Virus record (IMG/VR): IMGVR_UViG_3300018432_000003
Coordinates: 19,394 to 83,393 of that record
Reading direction: 5' to 3' (one strand)
Source of the DNA: a virus
Taxonomy: Duplodnaviria; Heunggongvirae; Uroviricota; Caudoviricetes
DNA length: 64,000 bases
Shown here: in pieces, positions 62,026-64,000 of the stretch
Position numbering within the stretch: position 1 is the first letter of the stretch
Layout of the letters: each line of letters opens with the position of its first letter
The notes under the pieces: generated by a model
What the model saw: only the letters and a program-made list of their open reading frames with translations
Told to the model about the DNA's origin: nothing
The model's database searches: none
Program-made: the position numbers and the translations under genes

Positions 62026-63092
62026 TCGCCATCCTTTATAGTTATGGCATCACCGCTGACTGCCATGTTTGCAACACCAGGGTTGTCCCTAGTAGCAGCC
62101 TGATAGTTGACCGTGATATCCCCACTGATAACCCCTTTGTAGGTGTATATCAAGTCACGGTGGTGTGCCTTAACCTGTAATGTGTCGTACAACTCCAAAG
62201 TAGGGTTCATCGGCAACTCGAACGTGAAACCGAAGTCTCCCAATCTCAACCAACGTGCAGTCTCCGCAGCCTCCTGCTGTGCTGACGCTGCATCCCCCAT
62301 GAAACCAAGCACCGGATAGATACTCTTCGGGGGCGGCTGGAACAACTGCCTCTTGCCAATCCTCTGAGAGTACAATCCAAGTTCAGTCCCATCCTTGGCA
62401 ACCCTCTGCACTGTCACCTTCGCATACGATACCTCAGTTGAGGGGGTTAACGTGAAGGAGTCAACCCTATACTCTGACGGGTCGTAACTCTCCTTGAACG
62501 TACCGCCGACGCCAGGACGCGGACGCTTCCTGAACAGCCTCTTGCCAACCGGCTGGTCCATTCCAATGTACTGCGCCTGCTCGCACAGTGATGATGCAAT
62601 CTCACCGAGGGTATTATTCCAAACGTACAGTTCATCCCCTTCAATGGTGAACTCACCACCACCCTTAATCTCAACCTCACCACGCTTGTATGCAGCCTTG
62701 CGTATCAAGTCCTCCAATGCATCACGGAGGGTGAATCCGCTGTAGGTTTTCTCTTCCTCCAACGACTGGTCTGCCATCAGCCTGTACGGGCCGAAGGCGT
62801 TGCTTGAAGTGTAATCCAGCCTAGGGAAGTACTGTGGACGCATCATCCTACCAGTGAAGTACGGCACGAAGTCATTCCCATACCCCAACGAAAGTACAAT
62901 CGGAGCATTATCGTACGCCTGTAGGTTCCCGCGCAGCACCATCTGACAGCCACTCCCACCACCATCTGACGTGTAGGTGATATCCGCAGTCCGTAAGTTC
63001 TCCGTGAAGTTCTCACCACCAATCCACAGGCGATGCGTGGGAGCGTACTCTGCGCCCTTCCTTGGCAACTTGCTAATCTCACTCAAGTTCAT
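62022..63092 (-). CDS. structural (tail/baseplate-like) protein (356 aa)
   Basis: ORF in late operon, 4-nt overlap. Confidence 0.4.
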   Translation of the reverse strand: MNLSEISKLPRKGAEYAPTHRLWIGGENFTENLRTADITYTSDGGGSGCQMVLRGNLQAYDNAPIVLSLGYGNDFVPYFTGRMMRPQYFPRLDYTSSNAFGPYRLMADQSLEEEKTYSGFTLRDALEDLIRKAAYKRGEVEIKGGGEFTIEGDELYVWNNTLGEIASSLCEQAQYIGMDQPVGKRLFRKRPRPGVGGTFKESYDPSEYRVDSFTLTPSTEVSYAKVTVQRVAKDGTELGLYSQRIGKRQLFQPPPKSIYPVLGFMGDAASAQQEAAETARWLRLGDFGFTFELPMNPTLELYDTLQVKAHHRDLIYTYKGVISGDITVNYQAATRDNPGVANMAVSGDAITIKDGE

Positions 63093-63093
63093 G

Positions 63094-63987
63094 TTATAAG
63101 TCCTGTATTCCGATTACCTCAGCCCTTGGCATTGTCACGACGAACCTGTAGAAGTCCTCATCCTCGTCAGGTATCGCAATGTGACTGGCGCGGCGAGTCT
63201 CAAACTCAATCGGTTCGATGATACGTACCTCGTATATCACGTCGTCGTACTCAATCATGAACGTACTGTCACCCTTACCTATGTTGTTACTGATGTCGTC
63301 CAGCACACTCTCCCTGAACACGTTAAGCTCGAACGGCTCAATCCATGCAGTAGGGTTGTCACTACCCCACGTGGTGAACCCTCCGCTGCCGTCGTCCATC
63401 TGGTGAACCTCCACCAGCCTCCTGTCAACTGGCGGTGACATGTTATTTATCAGCGTACCACCGAGGTACTCTTCCCCGTTAGGCTTGAGCAACGTCGGGT
63501 ACTGGCGCTTGACGTTCAAGTATACTCCCTTGAGGATAGGTGAAGTGTCAACGTCAGTGGTCGTCAAGGTCGCCTTGATTTCATACCATCTGTTCTTAGG
63601 TACGTCCTCCAAGTCGGTGAAGTATGCACTGTACGTGCCGTTCTTCGTGGCTGCTGATGCAATCTCCAGGGTTATGCTAGTGTTGTCATCCTCATCGCCA
63701 GTGAAACCGTACGCCAGTAGGTCAATAGGCGCACCCAGGATGTCAGTCGGCAAGTCCTTGTCGCACCCTGCCGTGATACTGTCGAACCTAACCTTAGTGT
63801 ATCCGGTAGTAGAGTGTCTTGTTGTGAATGCCGTGGCACTCGCAGCCTTCTCAAACTGTAGTGCCTGGAATCTGTAAGTACCCTGCCCTACATTGTTCCT
63901 GTCGTACGTGATGTACGCAGCGTCATCGGGTGTGGTGAACGTCTTGCTGTACCTCTTCCACTCAGTCTCGATATCATCGAAGTCCAC
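63094..63987 (-). CDS. structural protein (297 aa)
   Basis: ORF in late operon; further upstream - gene continues past window end. Confidence 0.4.
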   Translation of the reverse strand: MDFDDIETEWKRYSKTFTTPDDAAYITYDRNNVGQGTYRFQALQFEKAASATAFTTRHSTTGYTKVRFDSITAGCDKDLPTDILGAPIDLLAYGFTGDEDDNTSITLEIASAATKNGTYSAYFTDLEDVPKNRWYEIKATLTTTDVDTSPILKGVYLNVKRQYPTLLKPNGEEYLGGTLINNMSPPVDRRLVEVHQMDDGSGGFTTWGSDNPTAWIEPFELNVFRESVLDDISNNIGKGDSTFMIEYDDVIYEVRIIEPIEFETRRASHIAIPDEDEDFYRFVVTMPRAEVIGIQDL

Positions 63988-64000
63988 TAGGTATGCCTTC

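Overview
This 64-kb window looks like a section of a large tailed dsDNA phage genome (about 50% GC, gene-dense, probably lytic; no integrase seen). It has four parts.

At 48-3237 there is a minus-strand tRNA array of about 24 genes, read from a strong sigma70-type promoter at 3248-3276. Embedded in it at 2388-2626 (-) is a compact tmRNA (SsrA)-like gene, recognised by an E. coli-like 5' acceptor/D-analog, a 3' T-arm/acceptor and an internal tag ORF ending ...ELVAAL*.

Next comes a divergent early region (3.3-9.4 kb), then a 2.3-kb ORF-free region (9.4-11.7 kb). That region holds dyad-symmetric iterons and a repeated promoter-like module (likely ori/regulatory or ncRNA), followed by a GC-rich (~65%) island with a 3x repeat and a HeH-domain protein.

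From 12.5 to 55.9 kb about 120 plus-strand genes are packed end to end. At least nine carry a conserved TTGAC(A/T)-N17-TG(G/C)TATAAT promoter. Recognisable products are two HNH endonucleases, a YqaJ/RecB-like nuclease, an HhH-GPD (EndoIII-like) glycosylase, a DUF932-like protein, Prim-Pol+PriCT primase-polymerase, an SPFH/band-7 protein, ribonucleotide reductase, a DHH-DHHA1 phosphoesterase, a CCA-adding tRNA nucleotidyltransferase with HD domain, a DprA-like SLOG protein, family-A DNA polymerase with 3'-5' exo, a HAD phosphatase, a DnaB-like helicase, SSB and a secreted zincin-like metalloprotease.

From 55.99 kb to the window end the strand switches to minus: tail-fibre-like and structural genes, then a lysis cassette with three separate peptidoglycan hydrolases (M23-like, GH25 muramidase, papain-like C1 peptidase) and holin-like proteins.

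The observations I rate highest are the phage-borne minimal tmRNA, a possible anti-signalling pair (DHH phosphoesterase with its own-promoter SLOG protein) beside the CCA/HD tRNA-repair enzyme, the iteron/promoter repeat region, and a novel paralogous domain present about five times in four genes. All coordinates for RNAs and motifs are hand-derived and may be off by 1-2 nt.
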